Assembly (NCBI GenBank): GCA_051313645.2
Contig: JBNRSN020000010.1
Location: 199,020,001-199,084,000, forward strand
Origin: Centroscyllium fabricii
Taxonomy: Eukaryota
DNA length: 64,000 bases
Reading direction: 5' to 3'
The notes under the pieces are model-generated. The model searched no databases. It had not been told where the DNA came from and saw only the letters and a list, made by a program, of their open reading frames with translations. Of the stretch, positions 46,905-60,627 are shown piece by piece (within the stretch, counting starts at the first letter, position 1; every line of letters starts with the position of its first letter). The position numbers and the translations under genes are program-made.

Positions 46905-49355
46905 AAAAGAAAATACCGCAGATGCTGGAAATCTGAAATAAAAACAGAACATGCTGGAGATGCTCAGCAGGTCAGGGCAGCGTCTGTGAAGAGAGAAACA
47001 GAGTTAACGGGCTGGATTTTCTTTGGGCCATGGAGTCGGGATTGGAGGCGTGTGGGGGGTTAAAATCCCGGAATCGGCGGGGGTGGGGGGGGGGGGTGCG
47101 GGGGGCGGGTGCACAAACCCATCCCGCCCCCAACCTGCATCCATGCCAGTTTCAAAGGAGGCGGGTACCCGCCCCGCACTGAGACCCACCTCCCCGAGGC
47201 GGGAAGGGGATTAGTGCCAATTAACTGCCTGTTAACAGGTAGTTAACACGTAGTTAACAGGCGGCTTTTAGCCTAATCCCTATTTTCATTGGTGAAATGT
47301 GGGATTCCCAACGGCTCCAAACTGCGGCAAGTTAGCGAGGTGGGCCGTCGGGATGAAGGGCTTGGAGGGTTCGAGATGTCCGGTGTTCAGGTGAGTGATG
47401 GGTGCATAAGTGCAGAGGTAAGTGTGTTTGGTGTGTGTAGAGTGTTTAAAGAAGTTCTACTAACCTTTACAGCCTTCCTTCCTTCAGGTCTCGTGAGTTC
47501 CTCATCTCACCGGCACAGAAAGCAGAATGGCTGCAATCTGTCAAAAGTTCCAGCATTCAGCTTTCTGTTCCGGGGAGATCTCTAAATCAGCCTGAGAGGA
47601 AGGAATTAACCTGGAGTGCAGATTGTCAGTGTTTGACAGCTTCAAACAGCTGTCAAACGCTGATATTTCATCTGTCAAATGGTCTTGACAGGTGAAATAT
47701 CAATCTGTGATGTCACCTGTTGCCGGGTGGCCCTTAATTGGCCTGCTGAGCCCGCTGGGCGGGCCCAACAAGGTCAATCAAGTCAAAATCGCGTGGATTG
47801 GCTAGAACTCGATGGAGGCGGGACTACTACCCCAAAAGTTGTAGGCCCACCTCCTACCCGTCTCCTCAATTAAAATCCAGCCCAACGTTTTAGGTTGATG
47901 CACTTTTGTCAGAACTGGAAAAAAACAGGAAATGGAACAGATTTTTTAAGCAAGTGTAGTGGCTGGGAAATGGGGGCGGGGATGAAAGAACAAAAGGGAA
48001 GGGATAGGATAGAAGGCAGGAGAGATTAAGAGACATTGAGAGAGATTCAAGGCAGAAGAAGGTGGTAATGGGACAGGTTAAGGAACAAAGGATGGCTCGA
48101 GATGAAGTGTGAATTGCGCTGGCAGAATGAAAGACAGCTGCCCTGTGGGAAAGAAGAACAGAAGGCAAAAACAAAAACTGCGGATAAAAAATATATATAT
48201 ATGATAGGGGCCAGGTTATGATCTGAAATAGTTGGAATAAATGGGTCTTTTTCCGAGTGGCAGGCAGACAGGGTTCCACAGGGATCGGTCCTAGGACCCC
48301 AGCTATTCACAATATATATTAATGATCTAGACGAGGGAACTAGATGTAATATCTCCAAGTTTGCAGATGACACAAAGCTGGGTGGGTGTGTGTGCTGTGA
48401 GGAGGATGCCGAGAAACTCCAGTGTGATTTGGACAGGTTGGATGATTGGGCAGAAGCGTGGCAGATGCAGTATAATGTGAATAAATGCGAGGTTATCCAC
48501 TTTGGTGGCAAAAACAGGAAGGCAGATTATTATCTGAATGGCAATAGATTCGGAGAAGGGGAAGTGTAACGAGACCTGGGTGTCCTTGTGCACCAGTCGC
48601 TGAAGGTAAGCATGCAGGTGCAGCAGGCGGTTAAGAAGGCAAATGGTATGTTGGCCTTTGTAGCGAGAGGATTCGAGTACAGGAACAAGAATGTCTTTCT
48701 GCAGCTCTACAGGGCCTTGGTGAGACCACATCTTGAGTATTGTGCGCTGTTTTGGTCACCTTATCTGAGGAAGGATGTTCTTGCCATTGAGGGAGTGCAG
48801 CGAAGATTCACCAGACTGATACCTGGGATGTCAGGAATGACGTATGAGGAGAGATTGGGTCGATTGGGCTCATACTCGCTGGAGTTTAGAAGAATGAGAG
48901 GGGATCTCATTGAAACGTATAAAATTCTAACAGGACTAGACAGACTAGATGCAGGAAGGATGTTCCTGATGGCCGGGGAGTCCAGAACCAGGGGTCACAG
49001 TCTAAGGATAAGAGGTAAACCATTTAGGACTGAGATGAGGAGGAATTTCTTCACCCAGAGAGTGGTGAACCTGTGGAATTCTCTACCACAGAAGGCAGTT
49101 GAGACCAATTAATTAAATATATTCAAGAAGGAGTTAGATATATTTCTTCAGGCTAAAGGGATCAAGGGATATGGGGAGAAGGCAGGGACAGGGAACTGAG
49201 TTTGGATGATCAGCCATGATCGCATTGAATGGCGGAGCAGGTTCGAGGGGCGGAATGGCCTACTCCTGCTCCTATCTTCTATGTTTCTGTGAAATTGTTG
49301 AACTTTATGTTGGGTCCAGAAGGCTGTAAAGTGCCTAATGGAAAATGAGGTACCT
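46905..49355 (-). mobile_element. Degenerate PLE 3' end interrupted by a MITE and a CR1 (48230-49289, +)
   Basis: pLTR at 46905-47008 and 47884-48230; GIY-YIG end at 49290-49355. Confidence 0.7.
47009..47883. mobile_element. Family Y-type MITE, 3-bp TSD
   Basis: Perfect TIR GGGCTGGATTTT / AAAATCCAGCCC. TSD AAC. Confidence 0.85.
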
Positions 49356-49529
49356 TTTTATGAGTTTAAGTATGTAGGACTATCAACGAAAGTTTCAGGA
49401 ATAAAGCTGTAATCGCAAACGTTTATTTATAATTTAAATAATTAATGATATGTCATAAAAAATAATATTGCAGCTGACTGACAAATACACTAAACATTAA
49501 ATTAAGCACTAAACTAATAAATAACAATA

Positions 49530-49800
49530 ATAAATTGTTCACCAAGATATTTTGAGCCATGTCATTCTCAATAGAGAGGATGGCCAGTGAAGATAGTCTG
49601 CCGTCTCCCACGGTCGATTGCAAATATGTTTTTATGAGCTTCAAATTCGCGAAGCCCCAATTGCTGCTCACCACCAATAGAGACACGGTCAGCAGTATCC
49701 TGAGCGCTATCCACGTGGTTTGGGAACTTGCTCTAGAAACTTGAAATTTGCTCTTCTTGAGGAGTGTGACAGTCGGTTGGAAGCAGACTTCGGAGATGGC
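49530..49800 (-). pseudogene. hAT transposase dimerisation-domain remnant
   Basis: LRILLT...FANLKLIKTYLQSTVGDGRLSSLAILSIE. Confidence 0.75.
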
Positions 49801-50877
49801 CAAGTTCTTCGCAGAGGTCTACGACGTTAATGTAAGACCCTCTTAACCATGACACCCCCCACCGACCACAGCACCCTGGGTGGTCGCCCACATTGCACTG
49901 TGGATAATATTAGTTGCACCCTTTTCTTAAAGTATAAGATGCCCTGCTGTTCCCTGTTGACACACTGAGGGGCAGTCATTGCCATCATCATGTTAACAGT
50001 CGCACCTGGAAGGCAAATATCATTTAATATGTAACAGCAGGCAGGGTTGACGGCATACTGATATAATGAATGCAGTTACAACGCAAGATAAAACTAAACT
50101 TGACAAACAGTTCAAAAGCCGTGTTGAAAATGCCCAGCCCGCCGCAGATGAGCTGTGAAATTGTCTTGGCGTCTTGCGCGGTTTCGTCTGCGGGCGCCTT
50201 TTCGGAAGGAATTTGCTCGCAGTCATTCAGAAAACAGCCACAGAAGGCAGTTGAGACCAATTCATTAAATATATTCAAGAAGGAGTTAGATATATTTCTT
50301 CAGGCTAAAGGGATCAAGGGATATGGGGAGAAGGCAGGTACGGGGTACTGAGTTTGGATGATCAGCCACGATCGCATTGAATGGCAAAGGATTTCCCAAC
50401 GCCACCCTTTTAAAACTGCCCCACGGTTATTATTTTTTCTTTGTCGCTGTTAATCAGTAGCTGAGAATGGAAAGAGAGAGAATGCAAGAATTATTGCCCG
50501 CTGCTGTTCAGCCTTGTCACACGCCACAGCAGAAGCAAAACCGGGGCTCGGCAGCTTCACTGAGCTGCGGAATTGGCAGGCGTACCCCTAGTTCAGCACA
50601 CTTGGAGTTGGCCGATATCACGGCAACGTGTGGGAAGCCGACGGAAGAAGCTCCAATGTTCCTTTAATGACAGGACAGCTGGTAAAAAGAATGGGAAACT
50701 GGGAACTGAGTCAGAGGCTGCTTACAATGTGCTGTTGGACCAGTTGATCATGTTCAGTGGTATCTTTGGTAGCAACGCCACTTTTTATAAAACACTGGTT
50801 CGGGCCTCAGCTGGAGTGTCCAATTTCTGGGCACCGCACGTTAGGAAGGCTGTCAAGGCCTTGCAGCGGGTGCAGTG

Positions 50878-51133
50878 TGATACCGTATCAATGACCTCGG
50901 AGACGAGAAGTTACGAGGTGAATAAAGGCTTTTATTCGCTAAAGGTTGGGCATGCACCAGCTAGTCGACTGCTCCCGGAATGAATGGGGGGAGGGAGACA
51001 GTCACCATTATACCTGTCCTGGGAGGAGGAGTCACAGGCGGGGTTAGCATGGGCATGCCCAGACAAACAGTACACACAGAACTATATACAATATTACAGG
51101 CCGTTGGTTATATATACAAAGTGCTTTACCACA
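50878..51133 (-). mobile_element. Solo LTR, family A
   Basis: TGTGGT...ATCA on the minus strand. TSD cagtg. Inside a CR1. Confidence 0.88.
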
Positions 51134-51372
51134 CAGTGGAGATTGACCAGAACGGTATCCGGGATGAGGGATAGAATGAATTGGAGAGACTGGAGAAGCT
51201 GGGGTTGTTCTCCTTGAAGCAGAGAAGATTAAGGGGAGATGTAATAGAGGCATTCAAATCTATGAAGGGTTTTGAGGTGAGTAAATAAGGAGAAACTGTT
51301 TCCACTGGCAGGAAGGGCCAGTAACCTGAGGACACAGATTTAAGGTAAGATACGAACCAGAGGGACGATGAA

Positions 51373-52220
51373 CGTAAGAACATAAGAAGTAGGAGCCGGA
51401 GTAGGCCATACGGCCCCTCGGCCCTGCTCCGCCATTCAATAGGATCATGGCTGATCCGAACTTAGACTCACGTCCACTTCCCTGCCCGTTCCCCGTAACC
51501 CCTCATTCCCTTATCAGCTAGGAAACTGTCTATCTCCGTTTTAAATTTATTTAATGTCGCAGCTTCCACAGCTCTCTGAGGCAGCAAATTCCAAAGATTC
51601 ACCACCCTCTGAGTGAAGAAGTTCCTCCTCATCTCAGTTTTGAAAGGGCAGCCCCTTATTATAAGATTATGCCCACTAGTTCTAGTCTCACCCATGGGCG
51701 GCACGGTGGCATAGTGGTTAGCACTGTTGCCTCACAGCGCTAGGGGCCTGGGTTGAAATCCGGCCTCGGGTGACAATCTGTGTGGCGTTTTCACATTCTC
51801 CCCGTGTCTGCGTGGGTTTCCTCCGAGTGCTCCGGTTTCCTCCCACAGTCCAAAGATGTGCGGGTTAGGTTGATTGGCCATGATAAATTGACCCTTAGTG
51901 TTAGGGGGATTGAATATGTGGGGTTACGGGAATAGGGTGGGATATGTGTCGATGCAGGCTCGATGGGCCGAAATGGCCTCTATCTGCACTGTAGGGATTC
52001 TATGATCAGTGGAAACATCCTCACCGCATCCACCCGATCAAGCCCCCTCACAATCTTATATGTTTCGATAAGATCGCCTCTCATTGTTCTGAACTCCAAT
52101 GAGTAGAGGCCCAACCTACTCAACCTTTCCTCATAAGTCAACCCCCTCATCTCCGGAATCAACCAAGTGAACCTTCTCTGAACTGCCTTGAGAGCAAGTA
52201 TATCCTTTCTTAAATATGGA
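51373..52220 (-). mobile_element. CR1 3' part with short 3'UTR
   Basis: ORF2 C-terminus ...YGERAGKWT*. Confidence 0.85.
51696..52005 (+). mobile_element. HE1-like V-SINE, short-tail form
   Basis: Ends gcaggctcgatgggccgaaatggcctctatctgcactgtagggattctatga. Confidence 0.88.
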
Positions 52221-53267
52221 AACCTAGAATCGGCCTTTACTTGAGCGGACCCGCCCCCGTTCCCCCATAGGTCAGTTGGGTCAACGGGAGCCGCTCCTGA
52301 TTGGTCCGTGGGGCTGTCAATCAACAGCCCCCACAATGCCTTGCGATTTCATGCCATTTCTCTCAGTTCTGTGTTGATGGTGTTTGAATAAAGAAGTGTT
52401 TTACTTTGCTCTGCTGCTTCCTCCGTTTATTGAATATTTTAAGGTGGAAAGCTTAGGTTTCCAGTACCCTGTATAACTGCAGCAAGAGTATCCTGCTTTT
52501 ACACTCTGCACCCCTTGCAATAAAAGCCAAGATTCCATTGGCCTTCCTGATCATTCTCGATGAGGAGAATTTTTTTTTACACTGCAATTTGTTATGGTCT
52601 GGCAAGCATTGCCTGGAAGGATGGTGGAGATAGACTCAAAAGTAACTTCCAAATGGGTCTTTATCTGAAATAGAAATATTTGCAGGGCTATGGGGAAAGA
52701 GCAAGTGTGTGGGACTAATTGAGCCGGTACAGGTACGATGGGCCGAATTGCCTCCTCCTGTATGTTTCTATTCTATGATCGCCAAATGTGCGTTAAAATG
52801 GTGATCGTATTATAAGATGGGGGAACCTTTGTTTTAGGAATTAGCTTTCATTTCAGGTTAGAGAAACTGAAAATCGCTGCACATTCATTTAGTAAAAAAA
52901 AATGATTACTGATCTTTGTTCGCAGTGAAAACAATCTTTTTCTTCACCTTCTTGAGCAAAGGGCAAGTGGGCGGATCTTTAAGACATGAAAAATGTCTTT
53001 TCTTTAATGCACATCCTCTAATGCACAATGATCAGGAGAAGATGATGAAAGGAAGGCTGTGAGAGGAAAAGTTGGATAAGGAGAAATAAAACCTCTCTCT
53101 CCCTCCCATCCCCTCACAATTTCTGCATAGGTAATATGCTCATGGAGGCTGTTTTGTGGTTAGTGGTAGAGTTTCCCACCACATTAGGCCCAATATCCTT
53201 CGGCGGAGCAGGAGTAGGCCAGATGACCCCTCGAGCCCACTCCGCCATTCAGTAAGATCATGGCTGA

Positions 53268-53673
53268 TCATAGAAACATAGAAACTAGGAGCAGGAGTAG
53301 GCCATTCGGCCCTTCGAGCCTGCTCCGCCATTCAATGAGATCATGGCTGATGATCCAAACCCAGTAACCTGCCCCTGCCCTCTCCCCATATCGCTCGATC
53401 CCTATCGAGCCTGCACCGACACACATCCCACCACCCTATCCCCGTAACCCCACACATTCAATCCCCCTAACACTAAGGGTCAATTTATCCTGGCCAATCA
53501 ACATAACCCGCACATCTTTGGACTGTGGGAGGAAACCGGAGCACCCGGAGGAAACCCACACAGACACAGGGAGAATGTGCAAACTCCACACAGATAGTAC
53601 CCGAGGCTGGATTTGAACCCAGGTCTCCAGTGCTGTGAGACAACAGTGCTAACCACTGTGCCACTGTGCCGCC
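53268..53673 (-). mobile_element. CR1-tailed V-SINE inside a CR1 (53200-54350, -)
   Basis: As 22501-22902. Confidence 0.85.
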
Positions 53674-54000
53674 ATCGACCTCAACTCCACCTTCCCGCCC
53701 AATCTCCATAATCCCATGATTTCCTTCGTGTCTATCGATCTCAGCCTTGAATATACTCAATGACTGAGCATCCACAGCCCTCTGGAGTGGAGAATTCCGA
53801 GACTCACCACCCTCTGAGTGAAGAAATTCTTCCTCATCGCAGTCTTAAATGGCCAGCCCCCTTATCCTGAGACTATGACCCCTAGTTCTAGACTCTCCAG
53901 CCAGGGGAAACAACCTCTCAGCATCTACCCTGTCAATCCCCCCTCAGAATCGGATATGTTTCAATGAGATCTCTTGTCATTCTTCTAAACTCGAGAGAGT

Positions 54001-54287
54001 TTTGGTAAACCACTGTTATATATCTGTACCATATCTATAACCTTTAGCATTGTATGTATGACCCCCTCTGTGTATATATAGTTCTCCCTGTATAGCTTGT
54101 CTGGGCATGCCCGTGCTGACTCCGCCTGTGGCTCCTCCCCCCCTGGACCAGGTATAAAGGTGACTGTCTCCCTCCCCCCATCATTCAGGGAGCAGTCGAC
54201 TAGCTGGGGCATGCCCATGTCTTAGCGAATAAAAGCCTTTTATTCACCACATAACTTCTCGTCTCCGAGGTTATTGATAAGGTATCA
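54001..54287 (+). mobile_element. Solo LTR, family A
   Basis: Homologous to 50878-51133. TSD agagt; tataaagg and aataaa. Confidence 0.88.
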
Positions 54288-54992
54288 AGAGTATAGGCCC
54301 ATTCTACACAATCTCTCCTCCCAGGACAGCCCTCTCATCCCTGGAATCAATCAATCTGTTTCTTTCTCCTTGAATCACTTGGTGGAAGTTATTGTCAACA
54401 AGGAGGAGGCAGGCAGCCATTGGCCCCCCCCTTGTCTCTTCCCCTCCCGTCCGACGGTCCAAACCGCCTCCCCAGTTGGAACTATCGCTGCATTGCGGGC
54501 TCGGCGTTGGATTTCGCAGCCGCTCGGTTGCTCGCCTCACGCGCTTGTGATGAATGATTGCACAAACTAAACGATAAGCATGAAAACCCGGCCTGTTTTA
54601 TATCAGTGCACACCAGCAGGACTCGGTCCCCAGGGAGGGAGCGTGACTGTGCCCTTAACAGGTCTGCAATCCATCCTGTATTTCAGCCAAACTAATTACT
54701 TCCTCATAAAGGAAAGCAGTACCTCTGAGTGTCTTGATGGATTAACTCTACCTCTCGGAATCGTTCAGCAACCATCCCTGGGTTAGCGAGGCTCCGTAAA
54801 TTAGATTAAATGGAAGTTGTCCAGCTCCTTAAAGGGTAAATGCCCTCTCTTTAGTGGAGACATTAAGTTGCTCGCAGTTTAGCTTAGATCACCTAGATAT
54901 TTGGGTGGGATTTTATGTACTTTTCTTGCTGGTTTTCCTTCTCTCTTCTTTGCTGAAGACCTTTTACGAGGGAATGGTTCCACAAAAACTGA

Positions 54993-55824
54993 GGGGGAGA
55001 TTTCCCCGAAGGTGCGGGAACCTGGGGGAGATTGGTCGGGTCGGGTTTCTGTCCCGCCCGCCCAAGGGCCTGGAAACCCCACAAAAATTTGCTGAAATCG
55101 ATCATTTAAATCCCTGCGTACGGGGAGCCCCTTATAATTGCCTGACTCGAGTCGATAATCAAGGCACTGCAGCGGGGAGCGAGGAGCTTGACAGGCAGTT
55201 CCAGGGACTGTCTGTTGACAGTTCCCATGGAAACACTCCATTGTGACATCACAATGGAGTGCAAGCAATCGGAAAGGCCAAGTGCTTTGACTGACAGATG
55301 GACGGGCGGGCTGCAAATCTTTGACAGCTAGGGAGCGTCTCTGAATGGATCTGTCAAGGTAAGCTTTTTAAGTGTTTTCTTCACAGCTGGTCTTCACCCA
55401 AGGGAGTCACTTATACCTCCAGGGTGCTGAAGGCCTGGAAAGCATTCTGCTGTAGGTCCTTCAATACCTTGAAGGAGAAAGTGACCAAGGTCACTGTGCT
55501 CCCGCTGGGTTTCACCAGCGGGGTTTCAGGATGGCGAGGTTTGGGTGGGAAGGGCTGGAAAATAGGTGAGGGCCATTAAAATGGCGTTATCCAGACCAAT
55601 TAAGGGCCCTCAATTACTTAAACGAGCATCCCCGCCAGCGGCGGGCAGGAAATTTTCGGGACGGCGGGACACGCCACCCGAAACTGACAATCTGGCGGCG
55701 ATCCAGCAGGGTGGGGGGCATTGGGTGGGGGGGGCATTGGGTGGGGGTGGGACCACCCAGCTCTGCGATTTTAGGCCCCGCCCCACTGGAAAGCCGCCCT
55801 CACGGACCGAGGAAAATCCCCACC
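54993..55824. mobile_element. Family Y MITE
   Basis: Ends gggggagatttcc / ggaaaatccccacc. TSD TGA. Colinear with 62753-63543. Confidence 0.8.
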
Positions 55825-57809
55825 TGAGTGTTCTTCAATACCATCATGAAGTGGCTGTTGATCGGTGACTGTCTACAGGCGATTCAGCTGCGGGGCTGTC
55901 ACAGCTGGGACGACTCCTGACCGCATGTGTCAGCCGTGGCTCAGTGGGTAGCACTTTTGCCTCTGAGTCAGAAGGTCGTGGGTTCAAGTCCCACTCCAGA
56001 GACATGAGCGGACGGGCGGGCTGCAAATCTTTGATAGCTTGGCTGACACTCCCAGTGCAGTGCTGTTGGAGCGTGGCACTGTCGGAGGAGACGTTAAATC
56101 GAGGCCTTGGCTGCTCACTCAGATGGACTTAAATGATCCATAGAAACATAGAAGATAGGAGCAGGAGTAGGCCATTCGGCCCCTCGAGCCTGCTCCGCCA
56201 TTCAATGAGATCATGGCTGATCATCCAAACTCAGTACCCTATCCCTGCCTTCTCCCCATATCCCTTGATCCCTCTAGCCTTAAGAAATACATCCAGCTCC
56301 TTCTTGAATATATTCAATGAACTAGCCTCCACTATTTCACTATTTTGAAGACGGGCAGGGGAGTTCTCCCCGGTGTCCTGGGCAATATTTTTCCCTCCAC
56401 CAACAGCACTAAAACAATTTATGTAGCGTCTTTCACGACCTCAGGATGCCTCAAAGTGTGCTGCAGCCAAGGAAGTACTTTTGAAGTGAAGTCACTGTTG
56501 GTAAATTAGGGAAACGCGTCAACCAACTTGTGCACAGCAAGCTCCCACCAACAGCAATGTGATACTGACCAGAGAATCTGGGAATTTTTTTTGATGATGA
56601 TGGTTGCGGGACGAAAGTTGACCAAGAACATCCCTGCCGTCTTCAACTTGTCGGCGCAAAATGGCTGCCACGTTTGCCCAAATACCAAAAGTTCTGGATT
56701 TTGAAAAGTAGTTCGTGATATGAAGTATTTTTTGAGGCATTTTATTGCGACAACGTGGTGCATGAATTCATGGAAGTCATGAATGATGACTGCCGCCACG
56801 GTTTGGATTCTGAAAATAGGTCTTAGCCTTACCCTTGTGGCATGTTAGACCCTGCCTGGTTTTACGCTCCATTGAAGACAAAAAAGCCCAGGTCCACTGT
56901 GCAGGAAGCTAAGTCGGCGAGATCTATTCATTGTTACACCCAGGGGATCCAATTAAGAAATCGTGGTATTAAGGCTGCTGCTGAGCAATGTAGAATGTGA
57001 AAGTGATGAGAAAGATTTCAAAGACTCAGAGTTTTGAAAAATAACTGTTCACCCTTTCTTGGGGCCAAAGTTTCACAAGTGTTGCTATGGTGACTTGATT
57101 TGTGATGGTTTCCACACTGTCGCCTTGAGCCCTCGACACCTAAGGAAGTTGGTTGAACCCGGAATGGAGTTCGGAGAAGATTTGGTTGGAATAATGTGAC
57201 TTTATTTCCACAAAAATTCCGAGCATTCCCGTTCCACCATTTTATTGATCTTCCTCATATCAGCACAGGCACGATGGGCCAAATGGCCTCCTTCTGTGCT
57301 GTATGAATCTATTGTAATTGAAGAACGGGAACAGCCTATCTAAATGGAATTTTTTTTAAAATTCGTTTACAGGATGTGGGCATTGCTGGCAAGGCCAGCA
57401 TTTATTGCCCATCCCTAGTTGCTCTTGAGAAGACGGTGGTGAGCCACTGAAGGTGCTCCCATAGTGCTGCTAAGGAGGGAGTTCCAGGATTTTGACCCAG
57501 CGACGATGAAGGATGGGCTGATATACTTCTAAGTCAGGATGGTGTGTGACTTGGAGGGGAACTTGGAGGTGGTGGTGTTCCCATGCGCCTGCTGCCCTTG
57601 TCCTTCTTGGTGGAAGAGGTCGTGGGTTTGGGAGGTGCTGCCGAAGAAGCCTTGGCGAGTTGCTGCAGTGCATCTTGTAGATGGTACACACTGCAGCCAC
57701 GGTGCGCCGGTGGTGGAGAGGGTGAATGTTTAAGGTGGTGGATGGGGTGCCAATCAAGCTGGTGGCTTTGGCCTGGATGGTGTATATTGCTTGCATATAA
57801 AGTTTCACT

Positions 57810-58335
57810 TGCAATGCCCCGAGCACGTGATCTGCAGGGAGCCAATCAATGGAAGTAATCCTCCATTCATAACTTACACGGAGAAATCTGTGTAAGTTAT
57901 GAAAAGGAAGAGCTTCAAAAACACATCTAAACACAAAAATAAAATTTTAAAAACACCACATTTTTTAACAATACTCTAACTAACATGCGTAAAATAATAC
58001 TTACCTGTCTTTAAAGTAAAAAAAAATTTAAAACCTGTTAAAACAATACTTAAATTCTGTAAAATAAAGACTTACCTGCTAAAAAGGGGTGGTTACGGCT
58101 GATATTTTTAAGTGTAAAATCTTCCATACTTACCCCGATAAAGAACTCGGAAAAAAATCGGATGTCCACTGCGCACCTCCTGGTGCGCAGGCGAACGAGA
58201 TCCAGCTCGCGATCCCCCGCTGGACGGCATCGGAATTGCAGGTAGTAGCGGGAAATCGGGACCCCCCCCCCCCCCGGTTTTGCGATTTTAGGCCCCGCCG
58301 GAAAGCCGCCCTCACGGACCCGCAAAAATTAGTCC
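57810..58335. mobile_element. Mosaic X/Y MITE fragment
   Basis: Interior resembles X (agccaatca...cctccattcataact); the right end resembles Y (gcgattttaggccccgcc..gaaagccgccctcacggacc). Confidence 0.6.
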
Positions 58336-59132
58336 GATCTTCTCTACGTCTAGCCTATCGAACCCCTTCATCATTTTAAATACCTCTATTACGTCACTGC
58401 TCACCCTTATCTTTTCTAGAGAAAGGTGCCCCCGCCAGTTTAGTCTTTCCTGATAGTTATAACCTCTCAGTTCTGGTATCCCCCTTGTAAATCCGTTTTG
58501 TACACATTCTCCGGTGCCGCAATATCCCTTTTATAATATGGAGTCCTGGGGAAAGATAAATCTTGTACTTTGAGCAAAAGTGCTGACTGTAGACTTTTGT
58601 TCCTCTTTAAGGTAGACTATAAGATTGAAATAGTTCTCACAGTTGCAGGAACTTTGAGGGCTGCATTTAGTGCCAGCATTAGCCCTGGCCTGAAAGGAGA
58701 TGATGGGTAATTCCCCCATCAGTCATGCCTGGAACCTACACTGCTCTAAGTCATAGAGTCATAATGGCACAGAAGGAGGCCATTCAGCGCATCGAGTCCG
58801 TGCCGGCTCTCTGTAGAGCGAGCCAGTCAGTCCCATTCGCCCGCTGTAGCCCTGTAAGTTTATTTCCCTCAAGTGCCTATCCAGTCTCCCCTTGAAAACA
58901 TCGAGTGTCTCCGCTTCCACCACTTCCGTTGGCAGCGAGTTCCAGGTCCTCATCACTCGCTGCGTAAAAAAGTTTTCCCTCACATCCCCCCTGTATCTCT
59001 TGCCCAAAACCTTAAATCTGTGTCCCCTAGTCCTTGTACCATCAACTAGTGGGAACAGCCTGTCCCCATCTAGCCTATCCACACCCATCATAATCTTGTA
59101 CACCTCTATCGAATCACCCCTCATCACACCTC

Positions 59133-59413
59133 TGTGGTAATACGGTTTACCACCAATGTATATAGTTATCTGTACTGTAACTGCATTGTATATAGTTGCC
59201 TCTTGTGGTTGCCTCTTGCCTACCTGGGATGCCTCAGCTGGCTCCGCCTCCGGACTCCACCCACAGGCTGCCGTATAAAGGTCACAGCCCTGCTGACCTC
59301 GTGGCATTCCAGGGTCAGTTAGTAACAAGATAAGACCTGTACTCCAGTTCTTAGTTAATAAAAGCCTCAGTTGTATTCTTAACTTCGTCTTGAGTATAAT
59401 TGATCGTGCATCA
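59133..59413 (+). mobile_element. Solo LTR, family B, inside a CR1 (58750-59522, -)
   Basis: TGTGGT...GCATCA. TSD acctc. Confidence 0.9.
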
Positions 59414-59911
59414 ACCTCCTTTGCTCCAATGAAGACAAATCCAGTTTCTCCAACCTGTCCTTGTAGCTAAGATCCCCCATCCCCGGAACCATTCTGGTAA
59501 ATCTCCTCTGCACCCTCTCAAGGACTGGGATTGATTTGATGCGCATAATTTATATTCTGCAAGTATCCTCCACTCAGTGCACTTTGCTGGAGAAATCCTT
59601 CTGCTTTTACGGGGATAAGTTGCTGAGTTCCATTTTCTGCTGCAGGTGGTCATCGACTCCTTTTAAATAGATTTTGTTTTGCTTTGCTGAGGACAAGCTG
59701 TATGTCCCGCCCCACCTCCAGTTCATTGGCTGACACCGTGGTGACAAAAGACTCTCCAAAGTTGAGAGTTTCGATTGTGCTTCCAGACACGTATCTCTTG
59801 CACATGCGGTTGAGTTTATTTTTCAAGCTTTCATGCCGAAGAGATTTCCGTTGGAGGGTCTCATTCAGCTCTGTGCCATGTGGTATCAATCCACAGGTCT
59901 ACAAAGCGGTA

Positions 59912-60627
59912 GAAATATAGAAACATAGAAGATAGGAGCAGGAGTAGGCCATTCGGCCCTTCGAGCCTGCTCCGCCATTCAATGAGATCATGGCTGATCT
60001 TTGGCTGATCTTTCAAGTTCAGTACCCCGTCCCCGCCTTCTCTCCGTAACCCTTGATCCCTTTAGCCTGAAGAAATATATCCAATTCCCTCTTAAATATA
60101 TTTAATGAACTGGCCTCCACTGCCCTCTGTGGCAAGGAATTCCACAGGCTCACCACTCTCTGGGTGAAGAAATTCTTCCTCATATCTGTCCTAAATGGTT
60201 TACCCCTTATCCTTAGACTGTGGCCCCTGGTTCTGGACTCCCCCGCCATTGGAAACATTCTTTCTGAATTTAACCTGTCCAGGCCTGTCAGAATTTTATA
60301 TGTTTCGATGAGATCCCCTCTCAATATTCTAAACTCCAGCGAGTACAAGCCCAAACAACACAATCTCTCCTCGTAGGTCATTCCTGCCATTCCAGGTATC
60401 ATCCTGGTGAATCGCCGCTGCACTCCTTCCATGGCAAGAACATCCTTCCTCAGATGAGGCGACCAAAACTGTACACAATACTCAAGGTGTGGTCTCACCA
60501 GTGCCTTGTACAGCTGTAGTAAGGTATCCTTATTCCTATACTCGAACCCTCTTGATATGAAGGCCAACATAGCATTTGCCTTCTTAACCGCCTGTTGCAC
60601 CTGCATGCTCGCCCTCAGTGACTGGTG
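59912..60627 (-). mobile_element. 5'-truncated CR1
   Basis: Open ORF2 C-terminus (60019-60627). Confidence 0.92.
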
